Shown here: positions 51,955 to 62,321 of the stretch, piece by piece
How positions within the stretch are numbered: the stretch's first letter is position 1
Layout of the letters: the number at the start of each line of letters is the position of its first letter
Assembly (NCBI GenBank): GCA_963778655.1
Contig: CAVZVA010000003.1
Coordinates: 288,001-352,000, forward strand
Source of the DNA: an uncultured delta proteobacterium
GTDB lineage: Bacteria; Myxococcota_A; Polyangia; Polyangiales; JAFGIB01
Length of the DNA stretch: 64,000 nucleotides
Reading direction: 5' to 3'
The notes under the pieces: model-generated
Databases searched by the model: none
What the model was told of the DNA's origin: nothing
What the model saw: the letters and a program-made list of their open reading frames with translations, nothing else
Translations under genes and position numbers: made by a program

Positions 51955-52156
51955 TAGGACCTCCAACGCAGGTTCATGCTAACACCCTTCGTGCCACGGT
52001 GCGATTTCCGCGCGGACGATCGCAATATCGGGACCTTGTGCGAGAACCAGTTCACTGGCGCTAAAAGCTGAGCTGATAAACGCCGTATCCGAGCACAGCG
52101 CCGAAGCCACAAACGGTCCCCGTGTACTCTCCTGTCCCCCAGCAGTTAGTCGGTTC

Positions 52157-53971
52157 CTCGAGGATCGATCCCGGGTAATCGAAAGTCTGTCCAGCGTCGG
52201 GCGCTGCGTGGTGGCGGCCGTCGGCGGTGGCGGCCAGATCCGCCAGTGTGGAGCGCCTAACTGCCCGATTTCGCGTTGCCGGCGCCCGGCCCAGTTGTCG
52301 CAGCTGCCGCGGCGCGTGACGGCCCCGCGCATCATTGTTCCCGGTGCGACCACCGCCATCACGCGGCGCGCCACGTTGCGTAAGGCGTTTTTGGCGCCGT
52401 GGCACCCGGGCGTGGAGCAAGCCTGGCTCTACAGCCTGGCGCTGGCGCAGAAGCACACCGGCGTGGCCATCCATCACGCCACACGCGTCATCACCCACAA
52501 CCACCTCACCGTCACGCCCGAGCGCGACAACCTGCCGTGCTTCACTCGGATGTTCCACCACGAGCTCAGCTGCGCGCTCAACACCCTGCTGGCCCAGCAG
52601 CGCTACGACCAGCCCGGCGAGCTGTTCGACGGCCGCGCCACCCACATGATGCGGCTGTGCGATGACGCCGCCCAGAGCACGCAGCTCATCTACGAGTACC
52701 TCAACCCCGTGGCCGCCGGCCTGGTCTCGCGTCCCGAGCACATGCCCGGCTTCGTCTTCGACTTCGAGCTCTGGCTCAAGGGCTACCTCGACGTCCGCCG
52801 CCCCGACTTCTACTTCAGCGACAGCCAGCCGGAGCTGCTGCGGCTGGAAGTGACGCCGCCACCGCTGCTGTACCTGGCCTTCGAGGGCGAGCTGGACAAG
52901 CTCGTGCACGCGATGAAGCGCCTGGCCGAGCACAGCGCGCGCGAGCTGCGCGCGCGGCACAAAGGCGCGCCGCTGGGCGCCCGGGCGATCACGCGGCTGC
53001 ACCCCTGGAGCGAGCCGCGGACGCTGCGGAGAGTCGGGGACGCTCGGTGCCGACGTTCCGCATCGGCGCCGCGGCATCGTGGGGCAGCAGGCGCACATCG
53101 AGGCGGCGCTCGAGACGCGAGGCTTTCGGCATGGCCACGAGCGCGCACGGCTCGCTCGCAAGGGCGGTGACTTCGCACACGAGTTTCCCTACGGGACGTA
53201 CCAGATGCGCGTGCAACATGGCGTGCCGGTGGCCGAGCCCGACTTCGGCACCGGCATCGTCACGCGCCCAGGGCCGACGTTGCGGCAGGTGCAGTGGCTG
53301 CTCGAGCAGCGCCCGGCCCGGGATCACGGGGCTGAGGCCGCTGCCAGCGCTGCAGCACGCTTCGAGCTGATGGACCGCGCGCGCGAGGCGCTGCTGGACG
53401 AGGCCGATGCCATCTGCGAGCACGCCTCCGACGGCATGGACTTCCAGCACCCGCAGCGAGCCCCGACTGCGAGCGTACCGGCCGCGCGGCTCCGCTCTGG
53501 CCAAGGTCGTCGCGAAGGGCACGAACATGGCGACCACGGCGGTGCGCAGCCGACCGTCGAACAGGAAGATGCCGCGGATGGCGGTGCGCCGGTGACCGTC
53601 CGGCACGACCGTGCGCCGGTGATCGTCCGGCATCGCTTCGACAAGCGCAGCACCGTCGGCGGCGACCGCGATGCGCGCCGCATCATCACCCTGCGCGACC
53701 GCCGCCTCGGTCGCCCCCGCACATCGCGCCACGGCACCGATCCACCTGCCTAACCGCAGAGCGCCCTCGCCGGCGTGCGCACCGCGGTCACGGCCCTCGG
53801 GCTGTCTTCGTGCGCCCGCACTGCCGTTTCAGCCGCCCCAATGCCACCAAGGTGGCACCTGTCGCGTCGCGCAGCCCGTCGCCGCCATCCGGGCCAGCTC
53901 TCCGAGGCCTCGTGACAGCGGTCCCCGCGCCCGCCGATGCCCCTCCGACGGCGCGTACCTCGGACCGATCC
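52157..53971 (+). mobile_element. Y1/RAYT-like HUH element, copy 1
   Basis: Near-identical to 56962-58752 and 62322-64000. Confidence 0.9.
52316..53753 (+). pseudogene. Y1/RAYT-like HUH transposase (two 1-bp deletions at about 53027-53070; 27-bp duplication)
   Basis: TAPRIIVPG...ITRR, THNHL (HUH), YEYLNPVAAGLV. Confidence 0.85.
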
Positions 53972-54024
53972 CCCTGAGGAGGACGGATCCCCCTGAGGAT
54001 CCCCCTGAGGACGGATCCCCCTGA
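53967..54024 (+). repeat. Four tandem GATCCCCCTGA units
   Basis: 53967-53977, 53986-53996, 53998-54008, 54014-54024. Confidence 0.95.
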
Positions 54025-54032
54025 TCAGCGGT

Positions 54033-54048
54033 GTATTCTCTAGAATAC
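54033..54048. promoter_or_regulatory. Palindrome GTATTCT-CT-AGAATAC, candidate operator
   Basis: AT-rich inverted repeat about 55 bp upstream of the TIGR02147 gene. Confidence 0.45.
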
Positions 54049-54103
54049 GAAATCTGAAATAAGCCGATGGCGCGACCCGTGCTGGCGTGCCAGCTTGGGT
54101 TGC

Positions 54104-55000
54104 GTGAGCGCACAGACCCGCACGCGGCGGCGCAGCCCGATCGACGTCTTTCGCTACCTCGACTACCGGGCGCTTCTGGCCGACCTCTACCAGGCCAAGA
54201 AGCAGCGCGGCTTCTCGTATCGGGCGTTCTCGCGCGCCGCGGGTCTGGGCGCGCCGAACTATCTGAAGCTGGTGATCGCAGGCCAGCGCAACCTGACCAA
54301 GCCGATGGCCAAGCGCTTCGCCGCGGCCTGCGGGCTGGCTGGCGAGGCCGCCGCGTACTTCGAGCGCCTGGTCGAGTTCAACCAGGCGCGCAGCGCGGCC
54401 AAGCGCAACGCCGCCTACGCCCAGCTCGCCGCGTTCCGGCGCTACCGCCACGCGCAGAAGCTCGAGCTGGCGCAGGCGGCCTATCACGCGCACTGGTACC
54501 TGCCCGCGATCCGCGAGCTGTGCGCGAGCGAGGGCTTTCGCGAAGACCCGCAGTGGCTCGCGGCCGCGCTGCTGCCGCCGATCAAGCCGAGCGAGGCCAG
54601 GCGCGCGATCGAGACGCTGCTCGAGCTCGGCTTGCTCGAGCGCGACGACCGCGGCCGGTTGCGCCAGCACAGCGCGGTGGTGTCCACCGGGCCCGAGACG
54701 CGCAGCATGAACATCCGCAACTACCACGCCGAGATGATGCAGCGCGCCACCGAGGCGATGGAGCTGCTGCCCGCGCCCGAGCGCGACATCTCATCGCTCA
54801 CGGCGATCGTGAGCGCGGACGGCCTGGCGCGGCTCAAGGCGCGCATCCAGGCGCTCCGGCGCGAGTTGATCGAGCTGTGCGAGCACGAGGCAGAGCGCGC
54901 CCAGGTGGTGCAGCTCAATTTCCAGGTCTTTCCCCTGTCGGTTCCGGTGTCGCCGCCCAGGGCGGCGCGAAAACGTGAGCGCGGAGGATCCCATGCGTGA
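54104..55000 (+). CDS. TIGR02147-family (HTH + DUF4423) protein
   Basis: VFRYLDYRALL...FSYRAFSRAAGL..PNYLKLVIAGQRNL, WYLPAIREL, ERDISSLT, QLNFQVFPL. Confidence 0.88.
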   Translation: MSAQTRTRRRSPIDVFRYLDYRALLADLYQAKKQRGFSYRAFSRAAGLGAPNYLKLVIAGQRNLTKPMAKRFAAACGLAGEAAAYFERLVEFNQARSAAKRNAAYAQLAAFRRYRHAQKLELAQAAYHAHWYLPAIRELCASEGFREDPQWLAAALLPPIKPSEARRAIETLLELGLLERDDRGRLRQHSAVVSTGPETRSMNIRNYHAEMMQRATEAMELLPAPERDISSLTAIVSADGLARLKARIQALRRELIELCEHEAERAQVVQLNFQVFPLSVPVSPPRAARKRERGGSHA

Positions 55001-56672
55001 CGCGATGCGACGACGGTTCGTTCGCGCCCCTCTGCCGTTCTGGCTGTGCCTCGCGGCGCTGCAGGGCTGCTTCTCGTCCACGGCCCGCTAGACAGCACCG
55101 AGACCGGCAACCCGCCCGTGATCGACACGAAGCGCGTGTCGCTGACCGTGAGCGCGGACGAGGTGCACATCCAGGGCAAGAAGGGCGCGGTGAGCCCGGG
55201 CGGAGCCACAATCGAGATCACCAACCTCGCGACCGGCGAGGTCACCATGGCCAAGGCCGCGGCCGACGGCTCGTTCGACGTGCAGGTCGACGGCTCGCCC
55301 GACGACGCCTTCGTGGTGCGCGCGAGCGCGGGCGGCCAGAGCAGCAGCGCGGTCTACGTGGTGCGCGGCGGCGCCGTGGTCGGCGGCGGCGACGGCGGCT
55401 CGCTCACGTGTGACCAGCGCGAGCAGCTCGCGGGCATGCAGCTCCAGGCGGCGGCCGCGAACGCGGACAAGAGCTGCATGGTCGACACAGACTGCCAGCT
55501 CACGTTCGGGGTGGTCGGTGTTATCACGATTGCGTGCGCGCGGATGTCTCGGGGGCCGGCGCGGGTGCGATCGAAGCGAGCAACAGGGCGATCGATACGG
55601 GACTGTGCGAGATCGACGCCGGCGCGGATTGCCCCGGTTATGGCTTGTCGTGCGCGTCGCTTCCCGCACCAGTATGCGTCGCGGGACAGTGCCAACCTCC
55701 AGGAGGCTCGCAGATGCCGAGCTCGCTCTCCTGCAGTGAGCGCGAGCAGATGGCCGGCAGCGAGATCGCGGCCGCGACCAGCGGCGCAGACACGAGCTGC
55801 ATGGTCGACGGCGATTGCGTGCAAGCCGCGGTGACGGTGAGCTGCCACGACACCTGCGGCTCGTTGGTAGTGTCGAAGGCCGGGCAGGTCGAGCTCGCGG
55901 ACGCCAGCGCGCGCATCGACCGCGACGTGTGCGGCAGCTTCACCGCCGATGGTTGCCAGTACACACTGCTGCCGTGCGTACCGCCAGAGTCCGTCACCCC
56001 GGTCTGCCTGAACAATCGGTGCAACCTCATGCCGACCTGTCGCGGCTGCCTGTCGCAGACGATCGAGTGGGGCGAAGCCCACGGATACGAAGGGTACGAG
56101 TACAGGAGCACGCTTGCCCCCTGCGCCAGCTACACACGCTCGCGCGTGCCCGCATTGGATCAAACATCACGCCGTTGAGCTGCCAAACGGATCTGGTGGC
56201 TTGCGCGAGCGTGGGCGCAGTCGAAACCGCGCTTGCAAATCCCGACGTGCAGCAGGCGCTGGCCGTCAGCAGCCCGATGATGTACGGGAGTCAGGGCATA
56301 GACGTCCCGGTGTTCGAGATCACGCTCGGCTCCCACGTCATCGACGTGGGGGCCTCCTGCGGCATCGGCACGACCTCCTGCACCGAGATTCCCGCGGGCG
56401 TGCAGGCGCTGGTCGACGAGCTGAAGGCCGTGGACCAGGACATGGTGGCGACACCCGCGTGTGAGACCTTGCCGGCCAGCTTGGCCGAAGGCTCGTGTAC
56501 GACGGGCCGTACGCTCACCACGGTGTGCACGGCGTGTGGGCCTGCCGGCGGCTGCCCGTCCATGAATACGGAGTGCGCCAAGGTCTGCAGCGCGAACGGC
56601 GACTGCGCGGGCGACAGCATCGGCCAGTTCTGCAGCGCCCAGCTCGTCTGCGAGCAGGGCGGCTGCATCTGA
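54993..56672 (+). CDS. Cys-rich secreted/lipoprotein with internal repeats (several frameshifts)
   Basis: TETGNP after leader; repeated C..REQ.AG...D.SCMVD.DC units across ORFs 55046, 55534 and 55815. Confidence 0.65.
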
Positions 56673-56710
56673 GAACCCCTGGCGCGGCGTTGTGTGATCG
56701 CGGCTCAGCA

Positions 56711-56961
56711 CGAGATCCTATCGAGATCGAATCGAGAATCGAGGATCTCTCGAGGATCGAACTCCGGGTAGTCGCAAATCTGTCCAGCGTCGGGCGCTGC
56801 GTGGTGATCGAGGATCGATCCCGGGTAATCGCAAATCTGTCCAGCGTCGGGCGCTGCGTGGTGGCGGCTGTCGGCGCGGTGGCGGCCAGATCCGCGCCCT
56901 CGAGGATCCTCGAGGGATCGAGCTGAGGATCGGCTCGGCGCTGGGCTTCGAGGATCGATCC
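56711..56961 (+). repeat. Stack of partial left ends of the Y1 element and GAGGATC/TCGAG repeats
   Basis: Partial left ends at about 56749-56806 and 56808-56896; perfect palindrome CCCTCGAGGATCCTCGAGGG at 56897-56916. Confidence 0.92.
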
Positions 56962-58752
56962 CTCGAGGATCGATCCCGGGTAATCGAAAGTCTGTCCAGC
57001 GTCGGGCGCTGCGTGGTGGCGGCCGTCGGCGGTGGCGGCCAGATCCGCCAGTGTGGAGCGCCTAACTGCCCGATTTCGCGTTGCCGGCGCCCGGCCCAGT
57101 TGTCGCAGCTGCCGCGGCGCGTGACGGCCCCGCGCATCATTGTTCCCGGTGCGACCACCGCCATCACGCGGCGCGCCACGTTGCGTAAGGCGTTTTTGGC
57201 GCCGTGGCACCCGGGCGTGGAGCAAGCCTGGCTCTACAGCCTGGCGCTGGCGCAGAAGCACACCGGCGTGGCCATCCATCACGCCACACGCGTCATCACC
57301 CACAACCACCTCACCGTCACGCCCGAGCGCGACAACCTGCCGTGCTTCACTCGGATGTTCCACCACGAGCTCAGCTGCGCGCTCAACACCCTGCTGGCCC
57401 AGCAGCGCTACGACCAGCCCGGCGAGCTGTTCGACGGCCGCGCCACCCACATGATGCGGCTGTGCGATGACGCCGCCCAGAGCACGCAGCTCATCTACGA
57501 GTACCTCAACCCCGTGGCCGCCGGCCTGGTCTCGCGTCCCGAGCACATGCCCGGCTTCGTCTTCGACTTCGAGCTCTGGCTCAAGGGCTACCTCGACGTC
57601 CGCCGCCCCGACTTCTACTTCAGCGACAGCCAGCCGGAGCTGCTGCGGCTGGAAGTGACGCCGCCACCGCTGCTGTACCTGGCCTTCGAGGGCGAGCTGG
57701 ACAAGCTCGTGCACGCGATGAAGCGCCTGGCCGAGCACAGCGCGCGCGAGCTGCGCGCGCGGCAGAAGCGCGCGCCGCTGGGCGCCCGGGCGATCACGCG
57801 GCTGCACCCCTGGAGCGAGCCGCGGACGCTGCGTGAGAGTCGGGGACGCTCGGTGCCGACGTTCCGCATCGGCGCACGCGGCATCGTGGGGCAGCAGGCG
57901 CACATCGAGGCGGCGCGCGAGACGCGAGGCTTTCGGCATGGCCACGAGCGCGCACGGCTCGCTCGCAAGGGCGGCGATTTCGCACATGAGTTCCCTTACG
58001 GGACGTATCAGATGCGCGTGCAACATGGCGTGCCCGTGGCCGAGCCCGACTTCGGCACCGGCATCGTCACGCGCCCAGGGCCTACGTTGCGGCAGGTGCA
58101 GCGGATGCTCGAGCAGCGCGCGGCCCGGGATCACGGGGGTGAGGCCGCTGCCAGCGCTGCAGCACGCTTCGAGCTGATGGACCGCGCGCGCGAGGCGCTG
58201 CTGGACGAGGCCGATGCCATCTGCGAGCACGCCTCCGACGGCATGGACTTCCAACACCCGCAGCGAGCCCCGACTGCGAGCGCGCCGGACGCCCGGCTCC
58301 GCTCTGGTGAAGGTCGTCGCGAAGGGAACGAACATGGCGACCACGGCGGTGCGCAGGCGACCGTCGAACACGAAGATGCCGCGGATGACGGTGCGCCGGT
58401 GATCGTCCGGCACCGCTTCGACAAGCGCAGCGGCGCCGGTGGCGACCGTGAGGCGCGCCGCATCATCACGCTGCGCGACCGCCGCCGCGGCCGCCCCCGC
58501 ACATCGCGCCACGGTACCGACCCACCTGGCTAACCGCAGAACGCCCTCGCCGGCGTGCGTACCGAGGTGACGGCCCTCGGGCTATCTTCGTGCGCCCGCA
58601 CTGCCGTTTCAGCCGCCCCAATGCCACCAAGCTGGCACCTGTCGCGTCGCGCAGCCCGTCGCCGGCATCCAGGCCAGCTCTCCGAGCCCTCGTGACAGCA
58701 GTCCTGGCGCCCGCAGATGCCCCTCCGACGGCGCGTACCTCGGACGGATCCC
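56962..58752 (+). mobile_element. Y1/RAYT-like HUH element, copy 2 (intact)
   Basis: Left end CTCGAGGATCGATCCCGGGTAATCG; right end TACCTCGGACGGATCCC. Confidence 0.9.
57121..58533 (+). CDS. Y1/RAYT-like HUH transposase, 470 aa
   Basis: HNH HUH motif, YxxxNPVAAGLV, FPYGTY; long C-terminal extension. Confidence 0.88.
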   Translation: MTAPRIIVPGATTAITRRATLRKAFLAPWHPGVEQAWLYSLALAQKHTGVAIHHATRVITHNHLTVTPERDNLPCFTRMFHHELSCALNTLLAQQRYDQPGELFDGRATHMMRLCDDAAQSTQLIYEYLNPVAAGLVSRPEHMPGFVFDFELWLKGYLDVRRPDFYFSDSQPELLRLEVTPPPLLYLAFEGELDKLVHAMKRLAEHSARELRARQKRAPLGARAITRLHPWSEPRTLRESRGRSVPTFRIGARGIVGQQAHIEAARETRGFRHGHERARLARKGGDFAHEFPYGTYQMRVQHGVPVAEPDFGTGIVTRPGPTLRQVQRMLEQRAARDHGGEAAASAAARFELMDRAREALLDEADAICEHASDGMDFQHPQRAPTASAPDARLRSGEGRREGNEHGDHGGAQATVEHEDAADDGAPVIVRHRFDKRSGAGGDREARRIITLRDRRRGRPRTSRHGTDPPG

Positions 58753-58762
58753 TCACAATTGC

Positions 58763-59031
58763 ATGAACACTGTCTCAGCGGTCTTCGCATTTGGTGCGGC
58801 GGTACTGTGGTGGTGGAGCGCGCGCGTGAAGACGCCTCGTGAATTCGCGGTTTCATCGGCGAGCCGCTTGGCGGCCGCCCGATGGGCGCAACCTACATCG
58901 GGAACGCCCAAAGCCGGGACTTCGATGCACTCGCGAAGGCCCTTACACAGCAAAAGAAGCTGAGCGCTGCAGCCGCAACAGCGGCCGGTTGCGCTGCGTT
59001 GCTCCAAGCGGCCGTAGCAGTGCTTCGCTGA
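58763..59031 (+). pseudogene. Small membrane protein fragment
   Basis: Two hydrophobic segments in different frames, abutting the element right end. Confidence 0.4.
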
Positions 59032-59121
59032 GATCACGGTCCGATGCGCCCAGCTACTGGCGCTGGGTGGCGTCCAGCCCCAGAGGCACGACAGTTCCCG
59101 CCCTCCTGCGAGCCCTTCGGA

Positions 59122-60231
59122 CTACTGCGATGCTGGAAAACGACGCTTAGGCGATGTCTGACGATGAGGGAGGCGAAAATCGTCCTCTGGCGCAGACACG
59201 ACCAAAGCGTCAAAGAATCGCGCCGCGTCCGCATCCGTTGCCCCGACAACCATCAGCATGTAACTTCGTCGTCCGACCATCACAAAGCGGCCTCGAATAC
59301 GTACCGTTTGGTTTTCCTCTGTAACCGACGCGATGACCTCCAGGGCCGGCCATCCTTGATGTTTCAGCCGCCGCTCGCTGAGCAACTGAGCACCCGTGTT
59401 CTTCAGCATTCCATCCCGAGTACCCTCGAGGACGCGCTCCACGGTAGCACTCGGATCGATGTGCGCGTCCTCCATGCGCATGAACTGAAGCGCGAAAATT
59501 GCGTGGCCTGTCTCCGCTTGAAACGAGTGCACGACAACTGGTGGTCGACCCGACGGATTCTGATGAATCTCCGAGGATCGTTTCGGCGCGGTGGGAAACT
59601 GCGCACGAAATCGATCGTCATCGGATCTCACGTCGATCCATGCGGCAGGAACCGACGCTGCGCCGACCCTAGGGCTTGGAGGTTGGGCCGATTCTGTCGG
59701 CGCAATACGGCGTGAATCAGAGGGACCCTCTCCGTGTGGGTCGGGCGAACTTGGTTCGCACCCAATGATGACACCGGTTGCTGGCGCGCCTGGCTTGCAA
59801 ACCTCGCTGAGGTTCAGTCTGATCATGACTCGCTCATTGCCTGTGCGGGTGAGCTCACGCTCAAGGTCGGCCCGCGTGATGGGGCAAGACAAGCTCGTCT
59901 CGACCACTGCTTGTCCACGCGTGCAGCGTAGAGAGAGCACGCTGATTGATCGCCGCGGATCAAATGCGGTGTACTCGGCACTCCCCTGGTACTCACACAT
60001 CCAGCCAGCCCCAAGGTCGGAGAACCGTTGGCCCTTTGTCACCAACTCGGTTCTGGTCCCGGTCGCGTCTCCCGGTCTCCAAATTTCGACGAAGATGCTG
60101 TAGTCCCGCCGGTAAGGACTGTCAGCCCTCACAGCGGACGATAGCACCAGTGCAAACAACGCGACCACAAGGTGAAAGGTTGCTCGTTGGATCACGGTAT
60201 CTCCTTCGTCCAGGCTGATGCCTCGCCGCAA
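59122..60231 (-). CDS. Hypothetical secreted protein
   Basis: Long ORF with signal-like segment; lower GC. Confidence 0.6.
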   Translation of the reverse strand: MRRGISLDEGDTVIQRATFHLVVALFALVLSSAVRADSPYRRDYSIFVEIWRPGDATGTRTELVTKGQRFSDLGAGWMCEYQGSAEYTAFDPRRSISVLSLRCTRGQAVVETSLSCPITRADLERELTRTGNERVMIRLNLSEVCKPGAPATGVIIGCEPSSPDPHGEGPSDSRRIAPTESAQPPSPRVGAASVPAAWIDVRSDDDRFRAQFPTAPKRSSEIHQNPSGRPPVVVHSFQAETGHAIFALQFMRMEDAHIDPSATVERVLEGTRDGMLKNTGAQLLSERRLKHQGWPALEVIASVTEENQTVRIRGRFVMVGRRSYMLMVVGATDADAARFFDALVVSAPEDDFRLPHRQTSPKRRFPASQ

Positions 60232-60243
60232 GTCGGTGGCGTT

Positions 60244-60840
60244 TCAACTGCGAAGGCCCTCCTCGGCTCGCCGGCCGAACGTTCTGTTTCCAAGACGTAC
60301 AAGGTCTTGGTGAGCATCGACAATTGCCTGCGCGCCTTCATGCAGTGCCTTGACCACCCGCACGAAGCGCTCGGGTTGTTCCTCCTCCCACTCGGGAGGC
60401 ACGGTTTGTCGGCCGCGTTCCGTCTGAAATGTTTCCTGGGCGATCAACCCGAGGTAATCCACTGCCGCCGCGTGGAGTTTCCTTCTTGCGGCTTCAAGGT
60501 GATGATCCAGAAATTCGTGCTCGGCATCTTCCCAGTCGCGGCGAAATTGAACGAGGTCGCGCAGCTCGTCGAAATCGAATGACCATCCAGCCATGTTGAA
60601 GTCGCGGACGAATCGGATGGCGCCTGAAGACGGCAAGGCGTGCAGAAAGCGCTGGAAGAGTTGGCGGTCGTGCTCGACGCGCGGAGAGCTGTCGGCGTGA
60701 ACTTCTTGCGCGACCATGGTCGCGAGAAGGCTGATCATCGCGATAGCGGGTTCCCAATCCCACGAGGTTCGCGCGAACCAAATCGTTGCGAGAACGAGCA
60801 TCGCGAGGTTGGCCAGGCGCAGGAGAAGTTTTGCCGTCAT
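60244..60840 (-). CDS. Hypothetical membrane-anchored protein
   Basis: Two N-terminal TM segments, soluble helical C-terminus. Confidence 0.7.
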   Translation of the reverse strand: MTAKLLLRLANLAMLVLATIWFARTSWDWEPAIAMISLLATMVAQEVHADSSPRVEHDRQLFQRFLHALPSSGAIRFVRDFNMAGWSFDFDELRDLVQFRRDWEDAEHEFLDHHLEAARRKLHAAAVDYLGLIAQETFQTERGRQTVPPEWEEEQPERFVRVVKALHEGAQAIVDAHQDLVRLGNRTFGRRAEEGLRS

Positions 60841-60891
60841 GTTCTGTGCGCCCGGCGGACCGGACTTCGGTCTGCGGGATCCACGGGGTCG

Positions 60892-61260
60892 TTACTGTGG
60901 CACTTCGTCGGGAGCCATTTCGCGGCAATCGCTTTGATATGGCGGCGGTCCCCAAGCACCCCTCCCATCGTGGTCCGCGCGGCATTCCTCCGCCGTCACG
61001 AAACAGGACGTTGTTCTGTCGGTAGGCGACCAGCCGCCCACGTCGACAGCCGAACGGGTATAGCAGTGACTCTTCAGGCGCTGGAAACACCCCCCGGGTC
61101 GAGCGCCGCAATACTCGTCCGTGACGTAGCAATCGCGAAGGCCCGCTGGGCCAGGGGGAGGTTCGCGCATGCAGTAGAATGCCGCTTGCGTGACTCCGAA
61201 GTGGCCACACGAACCGCAGCCCGTAAGCAGAACGCACACGGCGGCGAGCGCAGATCGCAT
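60892..61260 (-). CDS. Cys-rich lipoprotein
   Basis: LLTGC lipobox; many Cys. Confidence 0.65.
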   Translation of the reverse strand: MRSALAAVCVLLTGCGSCGHFGVTQAAFYCMREPPPGPAGLRDCYVTDEYCGARPGGCFQRLKSHCYTRSAVDVGGWSPTDRTTSCFVTAEECRADHDGRGAWGPPPYQSDCREMAPDEVPQ

Positions 61261-61653
61261 CGCGTGATTCAGCACCAGGGCAATAGTGCGACATCACCCC
61301 CGCAGATGACCAGATACAACGGTGGGCAGGGGGCGGTAGGTACCACAAACGCACCCCGGCCTCCCGACCCAGCGCAGCGGATTCCGGATCAGTGCGGCGG
61401 CGCCCTGAGCTTCCCAGCGCGGCGGGGACCACACAGCGCGGCGCGCCTCGGACCTCCCGGCCCTGCGGGTCGAGCCGCCTCTGCTTTCTCGGTCTCCCGC
61501 GGGGAACCCTCCGAGAAAGCGGGGGCTCATCCGAGGAGCGCCGCGTGGCCCGCGCCAGACGAACGAGCCGGCAACGGAACACCGGCTCAACAAGGAGAAT
61601 GACGATGACTGCGCTGTGCATGTCAACACCCCGCCGGTCGCTAGCAATGCCTC

Positions 61654-62321
61654 ATGGACACCAAACCTACAGGGGCATGGGTGCTCCCTGCCCCGCTCGC
61701 GCCGCTTGCGAGCCGTGCAGAGGCCGGCACAATCTCTCACGTTAGAGCGCCGTTGGAGCTCCACGCGACCATCAGACCGGGCCTGTGTTCGTGCATGCGA
61801 AGCCACATCGATGAAGCGTGTCGCGGGCTCCGCGAAGACCTCCGTGCTAGGAGAACGCAGGAGTCGCGGTTCCGAGAGCTCGGAGAAGACATGGGACTCA
61901 GCGCGATCTACCTGTCCGGTTGCGAGTACAACAGGCTCCTCCACCAAGATCCGACCGTGCCCCAAACTTCGTTCATCCCGGCGGAGCCGCTGTGGAAAAG
62001 TACTTCGCAGTTCTGGCTCTTCGAGCACGTTTATTGCACCAAGGAATCGGTTGACTGCGAGCGAGCCTTTGCCGATGAAATGGGCTTCGCAAGCTCGCGC
62101 ATTGTAGTCGAGCTCGTCAACGAGGACATCATCAAGCCATTCGATCTGGCTTCCATGCGCGTCGGGTCCCGAACTCACGAAGCCTTCACCGATGCGCACC
62201 GGGGCCTGCGCGGCGAGTACAACGAACAGACCCTCCGCGCCGCAATCCGGAGCGGCGATACAGCGACCCTTGACAATGTGAAGCTCCGCTTGCTCCGTCC
62301 AATCCAGGACTCGCTGGGTTG
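61654..62321 (+). pseudogene. Hypothetical protein truncated by Y1 element copy 3
   Basis: The ORF's last residues SRIDPG* are encoded by the element left end. Confidence 0.65.

Noticed and set aside
56711..56961. Possible CRISPR array
   Set aside because: Units are irregular fragments of the element end, with no unique spacers and no cas genes.
58760..62320. Integron cassette array
   Set aside because: Short lower-GC genes are present, but I found no convincing attC (RYYYAAC...GTTRRRY) sites and no intI.
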